Position numbers and translations under genes: made by a program | DNA from: Callorhinchus milii | Lineage: Eukaryota | Assembly: GCF_018977255.1 (NCBI RefSeq) | Contig: NW_024704742.1 | Location: 125,986,001 to 126,050,000 of the forward strand | Direction: 5' to 3' | DNA: 64,000 nt | Shown: in pieces, positions 51,501-64,000 of the stretch | Layout: each line of letters begins with the position of its first letter | How positions within the stretch are numbered: position 1 is the first letter of the stretch | Notes under the pieces: model-generated | What the model was told of the DNA's origin: nothing | What the model saw: only the letters and a program-made list of their open reading frames with translations | Database searches by the model: none

Positions 51501-52618
51501 GCAGTATTTCAGGTGTGGTAAAATCAGAGCACTGTGCAGCTTAAGCATGACTTACCAGTTGCCTCTGATTATGAGGTTAAACATCGACAGCGTTCACTTT
51601 TTCCCTATCCAGCAATATAGAACTAGTAATGTCTGATAATTTGGCGCATACAGGAGAACATCACATGGGAAATGGATGATCAAATTTCCTTATTCTTCAT
51701 GCAATGAGTTGCCTTAAAATGTAAAGGCATCAGATACAATCGGAGTCATTATAAATGGACGATATCATTCACATGTGTGTTGGCACTTGCAGCAGTTCTA
51801 CATGATACTCTTAACGTGCAGGCTGACAGCTGGTTGAATCGCTTTTAACTAGATGTGCATTATTTAAAATTTTAGTGGAGCTTGAAGTTATAAACTTGAA
51901 ATTGTGACTGCTGTAGCTTTAAGAAAACATTTTGATTATAAAGCAATCCACATCTGCTTAACAATGCACCCATATGTTAACAGCAAGTAATACTGTGAGA
52001 AAGTATTAACTACAGAATCAATGATCAAGCTTATTTCTTCCACCGATCATTCATAACCTTGCCTATGGTGCAATCCACACTTGCATTGCTCCATTCTATC
52101 TCCTGGGACAATGTTTAGTATAGATATCACCTGATCTGTTTGCACATAAGCCAGGTGATTTGGGGGTATAAAAGGAAATGAGTCATAAGATTGTTTGATT
52201 TGTGGGGTCCTAAGGGAGAACATATGTGAAAAGATAGGCAGTTCTAGGTGCTGAACGCCAGATCAGAAACCTGATGTATCGGGATAGCTTTGATCAGTGA
52301 GAATATTTATTAAATGAACAAACAGAAAACAGACTGTGGCAGCTTTCAAAGCCAAGCTTCACCAAATTTTGAAGAAGAATCTTTCGTTGGTTTGAAAGCT
52401 TAAGTCTGTCGCTGCTCACATATCCTAATCTAACAAGAAGAGGCTGGAGGCACTGGGATCTTCTGCATTGAAGTAGTTTGTTAAATACTTTAGATTTCAA
52501 ATATTATTCTCATTCTTGAGTTTTTGTATATTTGCAGACAGTATTTCGTTTACAATATAGACTTCTGGTTAGTGTGGTAGTTGTACAGCAGATTGGACAC
52601 TGAAAGCATTTCTAAGAT

Positions 52619-53395
52619 CAGCCTGGCTCAGTTGGTTGAACTCTTGGTTTGAGTCAGAAGGTTGTGGGTTGCTAGTCTCCGCGCAGTCATCACATAGTCC
52701 TTGCTGAGCTCCACTGGCTGCCTGTTGCACAACGGATCAATTTGAGGATCCTCACTCTCACTTTCAAATCACTTCACGCCCTGGCACCTCCTCAGCTCTC
52801 TGGTCTGCTCACATCCACCGCCTTTGCTAACCTCAGGTGTTCTGCATATCCATTGTCCCTCTCTGCTCCACCTGTGGCGGCTGTACTTTCAGCCACTATG
52901 CTCCAAAACTCTGGAATTCCTGTCTCAATCTATCCATCTTGCCCCCTCTTTGTCCATCTTCAAATCACACCAGAAGACTTTCCTCTTCGACCATGCCTTC
53001 GGACACCTCCCCTCTCCAACTCAGTGTCAAATCATATGCCTGTTAAGTGCTTGAAATGCTAATTGAGTGAAGGACTCGCACAAATGCAAATTGTTGTTGT
53101 TGTTGCACTGCATTGTTGGAGGTGCTGTCCATTTGATGAGATATTAAACACTGTCTGCCTGCTCATGTGGATGTTGAAGATTGTTTAGCACTATTGGAAA
53201 TGAGGAGGGAATTTATTCTGATGTCCTAGACAACAATCCCCAAATACCATTTGCTTCATGGCTATTTTTGCTGTGCACAAATTGGTGTCGATTTTGCCTA
53301 CAAATACACAGTATACTAATAGTAGACCCTGTGAAATGCTTTAAGATTTCTCGATGGCATGATAAGGCACCATATCAAATACAAGGATTATCATT
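52619..53395 (+). mobile_element. Old Deu SINE interrupted by an L2 3' fragment (about 52672-53104)
   Basis: SINE head CAGCCTGGCTCAGTTGG...GAGTCAGAAGGTTGTGGGTT, then L2 (LHWLP, TFKSLHALAP, (TTG)n), then the SINE resumes GCACTGCATTGTTGGAGGTGC. Confidence 0.75.
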
Positions 53396-54489
53396 ATAAG
53401 CATACCAAAGTCAGACAGTGCCCCAGAATGACAGTATGTTCCCCTGCAACATTTTTTCATTATCGCCTCTGGTACCAGTATTGCCATGATTGCCATGGCG
53501 GAGTCCTACAGAAAACTCCACAGTTGAACTTAGTATCAGGATATAAGAGTTGGCTGCATTAATCATCAGCCAAAGTAAGGTCATGCATATATGGATACAA
53601 TACAATTTACAAAAGTTAAAATTTATTTATGCACCTTTCCCATCAGGAGGATGTCTCAAAGTGCTTTTATACAGGTACATGTGTAAAGTCAGTCTGACCT
53701 GCCTTATTTCTTAGAGAAGACTCACAAAGTAGAAAGCAGTAACTCAATAAAATCCAATTTAGTGAGAATGAAGTCTCAAATAGAATTAAATGGTAAGGAT
53801 GGATTGCAGAACAATCCTAGTATTACATGGTTCAGATGATTTATATAACCTGCCTGAGGTTCATAATGTTACGTCAATCCCTAGTTTTGGTAACTGTCTT
53901 GTGCTTTCTGACAGTCTATCTTTTAGATTGTTTGGTTTCATAGCCTCAGTAATGCTTTAGAAGTAACTGCACAATACCATGCCTGGTTTGTTCGCTGTAG
54001 GATTGGATTTCTTTTTACCCCCCAGCGTTGTTTTGTAGCCAGCGGAGCACTGAATCACATTATTCAATGTTTCATAACTAATAATAGTGGCTTGACTGAT
54101 GTAAAACCAGTCAGGATCTCAGCAAGACAAGATCTGGGTATTTCCGTAATGTGCTCGTTCATGTGAGACTTGCAGTGTTTGGTGGTCTTGAGAGATATCC
54201 CATGTTCCCTAGCTATCTTTAGAACAGATTAAAATCAATACACTATATAATATACAATATATTCTGTGAAGATCTTTGAGATATCTCAAGGATGTGATAA
54301 AGCGCTATGTAAAATGCAAGGAATATTATTATTTTATTTGAAATTCTGTAATTTTTCTTCTGGTTGTTCATTCCATAATCAAGGGTATCTGTAATTCCCT
54401 CTTTGTGCTTACATTTACATTGTTTGGCGCAACCTGATGATGGCATGAAACCTACACGGACGCACAATCCACCTTGTGAAGCCAGTGTG

Positions 54490-54835
54490 GAACCTCAGTG
54501 TCTTGTTTAACTCCCAGATCTTTCAAATCCCATATTGTGCTCCAACTCGCTTAGCTTCCCTTTACTTCCAAAATATTGTCCGCCTTCGCCACTACTCCAC
54601 CCCGGACCATTGATACCCTCATCAATGTTTTTAATTCCAAGCTTAACTTACCCAATGCTGGACTTCCTAGCTCCTCCCTCCACAGGATGCAGACTATCCA
54701 GAACTCTCTAGCTCGTGTCCTCTCCCGCACGAGGCTCCACGACCCTAACACTCCCACCCTTGCTTGGCTCCACTGGCTCTCCAACCCCCAGCGGAACAAG
54801 TTCAAGATCCTCATTCTCACGTTCAAATCCCACTT
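54490..54835 (+). mobile_element. L2 ORF2 fragment
   Basis: GLPSSSLHRMQTIQNSLARVLSRTRLHDPNTPTLAWLHWL...KFKILILTFKS. Confidence 0.8.
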
Positions 54836-55889
54836 CTCTTTCCTTTTATACAATAGTCTATTTCTCTTATGCAGCAAAACTATGTTACATCGTAGTTTGC
54901 CACAATGCTGGAAACCGGTTATCTATCTAATTTTCTACAAATAGAGATCTATATCGATTGAGGTAATTTTTATTTAATCCTCGTATATTTATTAGGCAGA
55001 ATAAAGTTATTTTCCATCAACAGATTGAATACACAAAGCAATACCACAGTGAACTGTGAGTGGGAGCACATTTGAGTTCCTACTGATGGTTATAACTCTA
55101 TGTATCTCATGCAATTCCACTGAGCTTTTCTCTGATGTTTGAGTGTAGTGAATGTTCATCACCTGACAAAGGAGGTGTGTTAAATAACAGGTAGAAGGGA
55201 TTTCACTGGGAAATCATATACGCACTAAGGCTGGAAATAGCACACAATGTATATTTCATATGGAAATAAGCAGAGTATGGTGAATTTGGCTATTTGCTGT
55301 TAAACTAGATTAAGATTTAGCTCCAATTCCATAGAGGTGACAGTTAATAAGGGTGTTGGAAGCATTTGGAAGCAGGCTGCAATGCTAAAATAATTCAGGC
55401 TGAATCATTTATTACACATGTCTTTATCAGCTGTCGCCGCTAGAGATTTTCAGATGAGATTTATCTTGTATTAACCCCCCAAAATAGCGACAGATTGATT
55501 AATCAGATGCACAAATTTTATTCAAATACAGTGATAGATTACTTGACAGAACTGAGACATCCTGATAAGGATGTACAGATGATCCTAATGACCTCACTAG
55601 GGGAAGCTGGTTGTGCAGCCTTTGTCACTGTAACATGTTTCCAAATATTAGAAGCAAAAATATTCAACATGGGCAGGAGGACTGGGTGGCTCCTTTACAC
55701 CTCCCATGCACCCAGATTGGACACTTCCCAAATTCTGCTCCTGCTCCACTTCACCTCTGTGTTTTACCTTGGATATATCCATCACTAAAAGCAAGCCAAT
55801 AGCAAAGCAATAGAATCCACTATGTTATATTTGCTAAGCAAAAAGTAAGAACGAGATAACCATATTCAGCCTCTCACCCCTGCCTCAAA

Positions 55890-56262
55890 TGGAGTCCTGA
55901 AGTGTAGTGGTTAGAGCACTCGCCTCGCAAGGGAGGGGACCTGGGTTTGATTCTCAGCAGGGCGAAACCTTAGGCAAGATTCCTTACTCCACATGCCTCT
56001 GTTTACCTAGTAGTACGTAGGAACCCGGTTGTTAATCGATTGGCGGATCACTTTTCCAGGGGTAATAATCCCTCCAAATAAATAATAATTTGGTCACTCA
56101 TTCCACGACTGTTTGTGGAACACTGCTGTGCACAATTTGTTGCCGCATTACACCCACAAAATATACAGTCAATTCATCTTACAGTATATTCTGTGAAGCA
56201 CTTTGAGACTCTCAATAAGTGATGAGGTGCTATATCAAATGCAAGGATTATTATCATTATAT
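55890..56262 (+). mobile_element. tRNA-derived SINE, long form, full length
   Basis: GGAGTCCTGAAGTGTAGTGGTTAGAGCACTCGCCTCGCAAG head, 65-bp internal block 55998-56062, body and (TTA)-type tail. Confidence 0.87.
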
Positions 56263-57109
56263 TCACTGTCACATAGAGCAATAGATCAAAAGTTAAAGTA
56301 GCAGGACAGATATTTTGGCAGAGTGCCATGGCATATTGACTTGCGCCTTGTGGCTAAATTGGCTAATTTTAAAAATAAAGTGAACTTTATTGTCTGCCAA
56401 GTTTTTATTGATCCCTTGACTGTCTGCCCCAGGCCTTCACCATTATCGTGCATCAGTGCCTATAGATCAATGGGAAGACCGATAACAATTATATGATGTA
56501 TTCTTAGTTCTGAGACTTCAGGTCACGTCTGTAGATTCCTTATATGACAAGTTTCGCTTTGGATTTCTTCTTGCAAGCAATAAATTGCAGGTCAGGCATT
56601 CCTTGGATTAAAATCACACTTTGTCCTTCTACCTTTGTCCTCCAACTGTACCAGATTGTAAACTGAGCTTTCAGGACACTGCGGTGACGGATGTGATTTG
56701 TTTCTACTTCTATTTGTGCAATTTATTTTATGCAAAGTGCTAGCACCAGATGGATTCATTAAATACATCTGTACTATGGCTCACACAGGAACAAACATTA
56801 GCTAAAGGTCTTCGGAGTTTCTCTTTGTGGGAAGGGAAGCATCTTGACTAAGCAAGCAGGGTCCAACCAGGGTCAACTGTGTGGGCTCGGCATCACAGAC
56901 CACCTTTTCAGTAGAGCTAGATTTTTAATGTTTAAACAGTGTAGTCCAACAGCACCTTCCAGATGAAGATCAAACTGGATTCCATCTCACCCTGATCACC
57001 AAATATAGGTATTATCTTATTACACAACAACAACAACTTGCACTTATATAGCGGCCTCCTTGCAGGGTAGAGTCTCAGAGCATTTAAACCACACCGTTAT
57101 TACACCGTT

Positions 57110-57595
57110 ATATGGAATTATCCTTGCATTCAATATAGCTTCGAGTTTCGAGTAGATCTTTAACGTGCACCTGAATAGGCAGACAGGACCTCAATGTGAT
57201 ATCTCATCTGAAGGATAGTACCTCCAAAAATGCAGCACCCCCCTCACTCCCCACACAGATCACAATGGAGTTTTATCCGAGGCTATGAGCACAAACAACA
57301 ACAACAACAAAATTACATTTGTATAGCGTCTTTTAGGTCGGAAGGACATCCCAAGGTGCTGAAAGCAGTCTGCCCCGCACACCATAGCTTGGCAGCTCCC
57401 ATCACTTGCTTCTCAAACAATGAGACTGAAGGCACGGTCGAAGAGGAGGGGCTTGAGACGGGTCTTGAAGGAGGCAAGGGAGGGGGCGATGCAGAGAGAC
57501 TGTGAGATGGAGTTCCAGAGGTTGGAAGCAGAGTAGCTGAAGGACACCATAGTGCTTGAACCCATAATCTTGTGATTTAGTGCTACCAAATGAGC
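57110..57595 (-). mobile_element. Old Deu SINE interrupted by an L2 3' end (about 57292-57545)
   Basis: CACCTGAATAGGCAGAC core on the left, (CAA)n L2 tail and SFKTRLKPLLFDRAFS, SINE head remnant CTTGAACCCATAATCTT on the right. A similar SINE lies at 57915-58206. Confidence 0.7.
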
Positions 57596-60134
57596 TAGAA
57601 TTGCAAAATAAAACAACTAAGCACATGGTCATACTGGAATATCTAAATAAAGCATAATCACTATTATTTTTTAAATGCCATGCTTTCTTAACTTAATTGG
57701 TGGAGATATTACCTACCGTAGTGAGTCACATTATTATGATTCACTGTATATATGTTATTGTGATTGACAGCTAGATGCGAAAAATACCAGATGCAAGCCA
57801 CAGCCTCCAACCAATTGCTCCAGAGAGATCTGAAGTGGAATGAATAAAACGTTTCTATTTTCTGTTATAATTTTATATTCATATAATTTCAATTTTGTAC
57901 CAAATCTATCCTGTTAGCCAGGATTCCAGGAGAAACTCCCTTCTCAATTCAAATAGTGTTTTGGGATCCTTAACATTCACCTGAATAGGCAGACAGGACT
58001 TGATTAATGTCTTATCTAAAGGACGTTAAAGGCGTGAAAGGCGCTCTATATATGCAATCTTGTTGTTGTTGTTACCTTCAACAATGCAGTGCCCCCACCA
58101 CCACCCCCACCCCCCCATTACTGTACTGGAGTATCAGCCAAGAGTTCCAAGTCCCAACATGCAACCTTCTGACTCAGAGGCGAGAGCCCTAACACTGAGC
58201 CAGGCTACAGTATCAATGTACCTGATGGAGATCACAGCCAAATATTGTCAAGAGAAACAATGTAAAGGGTATCAGGAAACAACAGGGGGAATTGGGATTT
58301 GTGTAGCTCATTTAGGGGAGTTAGCCCCAACCTAGTTCAGGTAATCTTTTTCTGTTCCTCATTTTCTGATTCTAGCAATCTAATCCTTAGTCAAGTGAGT
58401 GATGTGCTTCCTGTGAGATGCTTGCCTCAGATCTGTGAACTCATTGTGCTTGGCTGTGCGCAGTTAGATTTTCTTCTATGGATTAAGCAACTGCTGTGAT
58501 CACTACTCTCTCCTGACACATACTATACACTTCAGATTAGTGCAGAATTGAAACTTGTCTCAAGGCTACAGATTTACAGAATGTCCAAGAATTGTGTTTT
58601 TGAAATAAGTGATAGTTCTTATTTCATTTTTTTGTTTATTCTGTTCTATGGGCATTAGAGGCTCAGAATTTCACTGTAATCTTATCTTTAAGGTTTAAGA
58701 TGTGAGATTGTATAGAATTTTGGAAAATAATTAAATGAAGTCTTAATTTGAAACCCAGTTGCTGAACTCTGGCAAAGCGCCTTCCAGATTAAGACTCATT
58801 TTTTCCAAAATTCTGCATGACTTAAAACTATCCATAAGAAACATTCAGGTCTCTTTTTTGAAATTGAGTTCTTATTTATGACCACATTATTGTCATTAAT
58901 AATTATTCTTGCAATTGATATTGCGACTTTCATGCCAGGAGGACACCTCAAAACAGTTGAGCATAGTGCTGCTTGTTCTATGAAGAGAATATGCCTGCAG
59001 CTGGTGGCAAAGTGACAGAGTCATTGCATATGCAAACTTTATTGAGCTTGAGTCGGATTTCATTTCATCTCTTCAGTAAAGCCATCTGGTACTCCATAGC
59101 ACTTTAATTATTGCCATTCTTGAAATATTAAATGTTACCTCTTGTCGTAATCGCCCCGCTGCTACTGTGACAACAAACGTAATTTCAATTATTAATAAAT
59201 AATTCTGAACGTAGTTAATTGGAGCTGCAGCGAGAATTTCATGCTTGCCTGAGTTTTTTCCATGTTCTGTCATGTTATTAAAATTTGAATACAGGACAAT
59301 CCCATTGTAATGTGCCTCGCTAAAGAGCAAGTTTGCTTATAATTGTGGTTGGGTGGTGAACCTGATATTCTCTTATCTGACAATCTAAATCCCGATACCA
59401 GGATAAATGGCCTACTTTCGGGTCATCAAGTCACTGGGAATATGACTTCCTGTGGTATGCGTGCAGTGTGCCACTATCATGGCTTTCTGTTCATTGTGCT
59501 ATGTGCAGGAAGCACAACTCACATCTGTTTGCAAAGGAAAAGACATCGGCCAAATGTCCTGCTAGTCCTGCGCACACAATGCGCAGGAAGTGACATCAGT
59601 GGCAACCAAACAACCCAGATGACCTACATTTTATCATTCCTTTTTATAATGTGGGCCTAAGACATTGGACCCAGACAATATGTGTCATAACGGGATTGCC
59701 CGGTGTATGACCATAAGTAAATCCCCATTTTAGCTTTGCATTAAACTGAAACATGCAATAGGGGTGAAGTGAAGCTACTATTCATTTCTCCTAAAGGAAT
59801 GTTTCACTGAGAACTCGATCAGTAGCTGAACAAACATATATTTTACTCAAAATTACAACACTAGATTGAAAGGGTCACTGTCTTCATCAATAGGTGTTCC
59901 ACAACCCATCTTATGTGCATTTCCAACCAAGGTGAACGTGCAAATATTGTCAGACCTTAACTATGCAAAATTTAATCCAGAGAGGGCAATGTTGCCAGCT
60001 AAGTGTAATCAATACAACATGGTTGTTGAAGATTCACTGCAATATTTATTGAGCTTTATTATTCAGTACTGAAACAATGGAGCGGAAGAAACTTCACTAA
60101 CAGAAAACATCTAGGAGCCAGAGGAGAAACATAC

Positions 60135-60427
60135 AATAATAATAATAATCCTTGCATTTGATATAGCGCTTTTCACGTCGGGAGGACGTCCCAAAGCGTT
60201 TCACAGAACACACTGTAAAGTGAATTGACTGTATATTTGTGGGCGAACGCGGCAGCCAATTGCGCACAGCAATGTCTCACAAACAGTCGTGGATTGAAAA
60301 TCACCAATTTATTATTGTTTTTGGTTTTGGAGGGATTATTATTAGGCGTGTGGAGTAAGGAAACTTGCCCAAGGTCTCACCCTGTGCCTGGAATTGAACT
60401 CAGGTCTCTCACTTGCAAAGCGAGTGT
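60135..60427 (-). mobile_element. Young tRNA-derived SINE, short form, nearly full length
   Basis: Reverse complement of the 1680 copy lacking only the A-box end. Confidence 0.9.
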
Positions 60428-61199
60428 CATTCTCACCATAATTTACAGTTTGCAAAATTACAAGATCAGCTTGGATGAAGGAGACCCTTCAATCCATCTG
60501 ATCTCATCCTTCCAGAATGCCCACCCTACCATCTTCTCATCACAGCATCAAGTGTCCTGGCCTCAACAACCCTTCCTAGTTATTTGTTCCAGTCATTACT
60601 CAACTTCTGAGAAAGGAAATACTTGCTAGTCTGTCCTGAAGATGCCGTTTGCAACTCTAAACCCATGTCCTCGTATTGCACTGCCTTGATGCATCTGAAA
60701 GTATTGTTCTGGGTTTACTTTTTCATTTAAAATTGTGCTCCAATGTCTTCTGCCTTAATGATTTCCAGCCGCATCAACATAGATCTGGGAAGATATTGCA
60801 GGGTTGTCCTCTTCGACAGGAGTAATGGTGCAGAGACGGAAAAATACTAAATACGATATGTAATATATTCTGAATATAAAAAATATTATTAATATTGTTA
60901 AATATTATAAATAGCATATCTCTCCCTTCACTCAGTTAGCATTGGCTTGTTTCATGTCCCTGCCCCACAATCAGTAGGCAGGCTTTCAGCTTTTCTACTC
61001 CCGCTCTCTGAAACTCCAACCCTGGACTCCTCCTACTCGTTGTCTCCCTAACCTTGTTCAAGGTTCAACACCTACCGCTTTGATGCATTTGGTCATCTTC
61101 CTTTCACCACCCTCAGACTTTCTCTCCTTCTGGCCTTCCACCCTACCCAACTACTTGACCAGCCCATTTCTATCTTGCCTTTTCTTGCTACAGTTCTGT

Positions 61200-62497
61200 A
61201 ATGCATTATTGCAAATCAACTTTGCTCGCATCGCTCCCTCCATTCCCTACTCGAACCCCTCCTGTCTAATTTTTGCCCTGCACAAACACAGCGCTCATCA
61301 AAGTCAAATGGGTTTCCCTCTCTGTTTGTACCTTCCTGTCCTCCCTGACCCATCCCCTGTGTTCAACACAATCGATCATGCTATCCTTTTCCACCATCTC
61401 GCCTCCCTCATTCATCTTAGTGGGACCACACTCACCTGGTTCAAGTACTACTTAACCAACTACCATCACTTTGTCTCCGCAAACATTTTTCCTCTTGCTC
61501 CCGCCCAGTCATATAAGGTGTACTTCAAGGCTCCATCCTTGGCCCTTATTTACATGCTCCTTCTCAACAATGTCATTGCAGACACGGGTCAGATTCCACA
61601 TGTATGCAGATAACACACAAATCAACTTCTCCTCCATCTGTGACTCCAGGTTTATTTGCTTATCAGATATCAAGGCTGAATGAGTGTTAACTTCTTGCAG
61701 TTGAATGTTGACAAGACAGAAGCTATACTCTTTGGCTTCTGTCAACATCTTCTCCGGCCTGTCCCTCAGATGATCTGAATACGTGTGTAACCTAAGTGTC
61801 AGGTTTGATCCCCAGCTGTCCTTCCTGCCCCACAACCAGTCCCTGACCAGGATCACTTTTCTTCACTTCCATCACACTGCCCGCCTCTGACTGTACCTCA
61901 CACCCAGCACAGCCGAAACCCTCATCCAGGCTTTCATTGCCTTCCGTCTCAATTGTGCCCTTCTCACCGGTCTCCCCAGCTCTACTATCCACAAAATATA
62001 ATTGATTTAAAACTCCGCCGCCAATATACTCACCTGCACTAAACTCCATACCCCCATCAAACAAATTTCCATGTAGGGAGTCTGACTCCACTGGCTTCCT
62101 ATCTACGAATGGATCAAGTTCAAGTACCTCACACTTGTCTACAAATCCCTTCATGCCCTGGCACCTCCCTATCTCTCTGACTTGCTTACTCCCTACTCCA
62201 CTACCTGTCGCATCCACTCAGCTGGCTCAACCTCCTGCTTGTCTCTCATCCCTGCGCTCCACCATCAGCTGCTGTGCTTTCAGCCTCTACACCAAAAAGC
62301 TTGGAACTCTCTCCCTCAATCACTCCACCTTGCCTCATCCTTCCGTTTCCAGATCACAACTGACGACCTTCCTCTTTGACTGCTTACGGTCACCTCCCCT
62401 CTCCCCCCATGTCGGCATCAGACTCCGCCACTTGTAAGCATTCCGAGATGCTATCCTAGTGAAGGGTGCTATATAAATGCAAATTGCTATTGTTGCT
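61200..62497 (+). mobile_element. Decayed L2 LINE (RT domain through 3' end)
   Basis: NTALIKV, VFNTIDHAILFHHL, FHMYADNTQI and CTCCACTGGCTT remnants; GAAGGGTGCTATATAAATGCAAATTG tail. Confidence 0.8.
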
Positions 62498-63728
62498 TTT
62501 GTTATCTTTCCCCTCCACACCCCTTCATTCCACAGCCAATACTGTTAAGTGCTTTGTCCCAACGTGAAAGACACTATATAAATGTAAATTTGTATTTAAT
62601 CCGACCAAGTTAGGAAATGGCTCCTCTGAAGGAATTGTTGTGTATATAGACTGTAAAATGAAGCATTTCTATCAACATGACTTATTTGTCATATATTTAA
62701 GAGTAGGTAAGGGCACGACGAGCCAAACAGCCTCCTTCTGTGCTGTAAAATTCTATATGACTCTAACTGGCTGAAACAGAAATGGGCGAGAGGATCCTTA
62801 ATATTTGTGACAGCTGGTTGGAGCTTTAGTTGTGTGAGCCTTCCCAGAATGCACAAAATAAATTGGCCTTTGCTAAAAAGGAATATTCTTTAATAGCTTT
62901 TATCTCTCACTTTCAAGCATCTGTCTCTATTGGTAATATTTACAAATTCATCTTTCTGATGCAACTGTCACAGGCTTTAATGCTTTTGGATAGATTGAGT
63001 CGCAAAGTGCAGAGAAGTGTAGTTATCTTTCAAAGGCAAACTGGATGGAATTGAAGCAGAAACTGCCAAGAAGTAGATGTGTGGAGTATAAACAACAGCA
63101 CATACTTTTTAGGCTGAACGGCTTGTTTCGGTGATGTAGATTCTATGTATGTAATTCCTCTACCTGACGACTCAAGAAATCATGTCAGGGCTGTATTTCA
63201 GAACAGTGACGTTACAAAATATGATGTGTGATATGATAATTATCACAGATGAAAAGAATCGCATCCCATAACTGCAGTTTTCACCCCATAGTATTAGCAG
63301 TACAGTGCACATACATATTATGCACAATATAGGAGATGGGAGTAGGGTGTTCCATGCATTAGTTGTCAATGCCATAGGCATACTCTTGGCTATTTAATAA
63401 CCTGGATGCTGATAATGGATTATACGGGATTGGAACAAAGTCCCAATAATAAGCTTGAACCCACAATCTTCTAACTTGGAGACAAGAGTGCTACCAACTG
63501 AGCCAGGCTGATACCATTATGTCTGTTGCAATGTTATCACCCAATTTCAACTCATTACGGGTTGCCTCTGTGGGGACTCACTTCTGAATGTGAAATGGGT
63601 GTGGACTCCAGGAGGTGCTGAACCTGCTGGTTAAGGAAAAGGAGAATGTTTAATATACTAATGCAAGTTGTTCTTGTTTCTAAAATGCGGCTAACCAAAG
63701 GGATTCAACATGCACTTTCTCATCTTAA

Positions 63729-64000
63729 TCCTGTAACTCAGTGGTTAGAACACTCGCCTCGCAAGCGAGAGACCTGGGTTGGATTCCTGGGCAGGATGAA
63801 ACGTTGGGCAAGTTTCCTTACTTCACACACACGCCTCTGTTTGCCTAGCAATAAGTAGGAACTCAGTTGTTAATTGATTGGCGGATCGCTTTTCTAGGGG
63901 TAATAAAAAAAAGAATAATAATTTGGTCACTCAATCCACGACTGTTTATTTGTTTGTGTGACATGGTTGTTTGCAATTGGCTGCCGTGTTTTGCTCACAA
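63729..64000 (+). mobile_element. tRNA-derived SINE, long form, cut by the window end
   Basis: TCCTGTAACTCAGTGGTTAGAACACTCGCCTCGCAAGCGAG head and CCTAGCAATAAGTAGGAAC block. Confidence 0.85.

Noticed and set aside
52232..52254. REST/NRSE site (TTCAGCACC half-site on the minus strand; also near 57355 and 63615)
   Set aside because: Right half-sites deviate from GGACAG (GAACTG at best), and the 57355 instance is just an L2 tail.
54433..54465. Hammerhead-like CTGATGA...GAAA
   Set aside because: No convincing stem II, and no stem III/NUH or stem I pairing could be drawn.
44726..64000. Next HCN1 exon (YKQVEQYMSFHKLP...)
   Set aside because: Not found by eye or in the ORF track. It is short enough to fall under the track cutoff, so a TBLASTN search is needed to exclude it.

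Overview
Vertebrate genomic DNA, most likely a cartilaginous fish and probably a holocephalan (inferred from a repeat landscape of L2 and CR1 LINEs, Deu-domain tRNA SINEs and Penelope remnants). The whole 64 kb appears to lie inside one + strand gene, an HCN1-type hyperpolarization-activated cyclic nucleotide-gated channel. Only two coding exons are visible: 35800-35961 (S4-S5 linker, S5, turret) and 44507-44725 (pore helix, CIGYG filter, S6, start of C-linker). Everything else is intron packed with decayed retroelements and small DNA-transposon derivatives. Almost all other ORFs in the track are repeat-derived or spurious, and there is no prokaryote-type system. The most notable observations are: a Penelope-like fold-back insertion with a 14-bp target-site duplication and a degenerate hammerhead ribozyme core; a SINE lineage whose head, middle and 3' stem-loop change modularly and converge on the 3' end of the youngest local L2; a CR1>MITE>SINE>inverted-SINE nest; two pairs of duplicated short motifs (CTCF-like; AP-1/octamer-like); several unexplained fold-back elements; and HCN1 substitutions beside the selectivity filter and in the S4-S5 linker. 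Repeat boundaries are approximate, and all family assignments and reference comparisons are from memory, not database searches.
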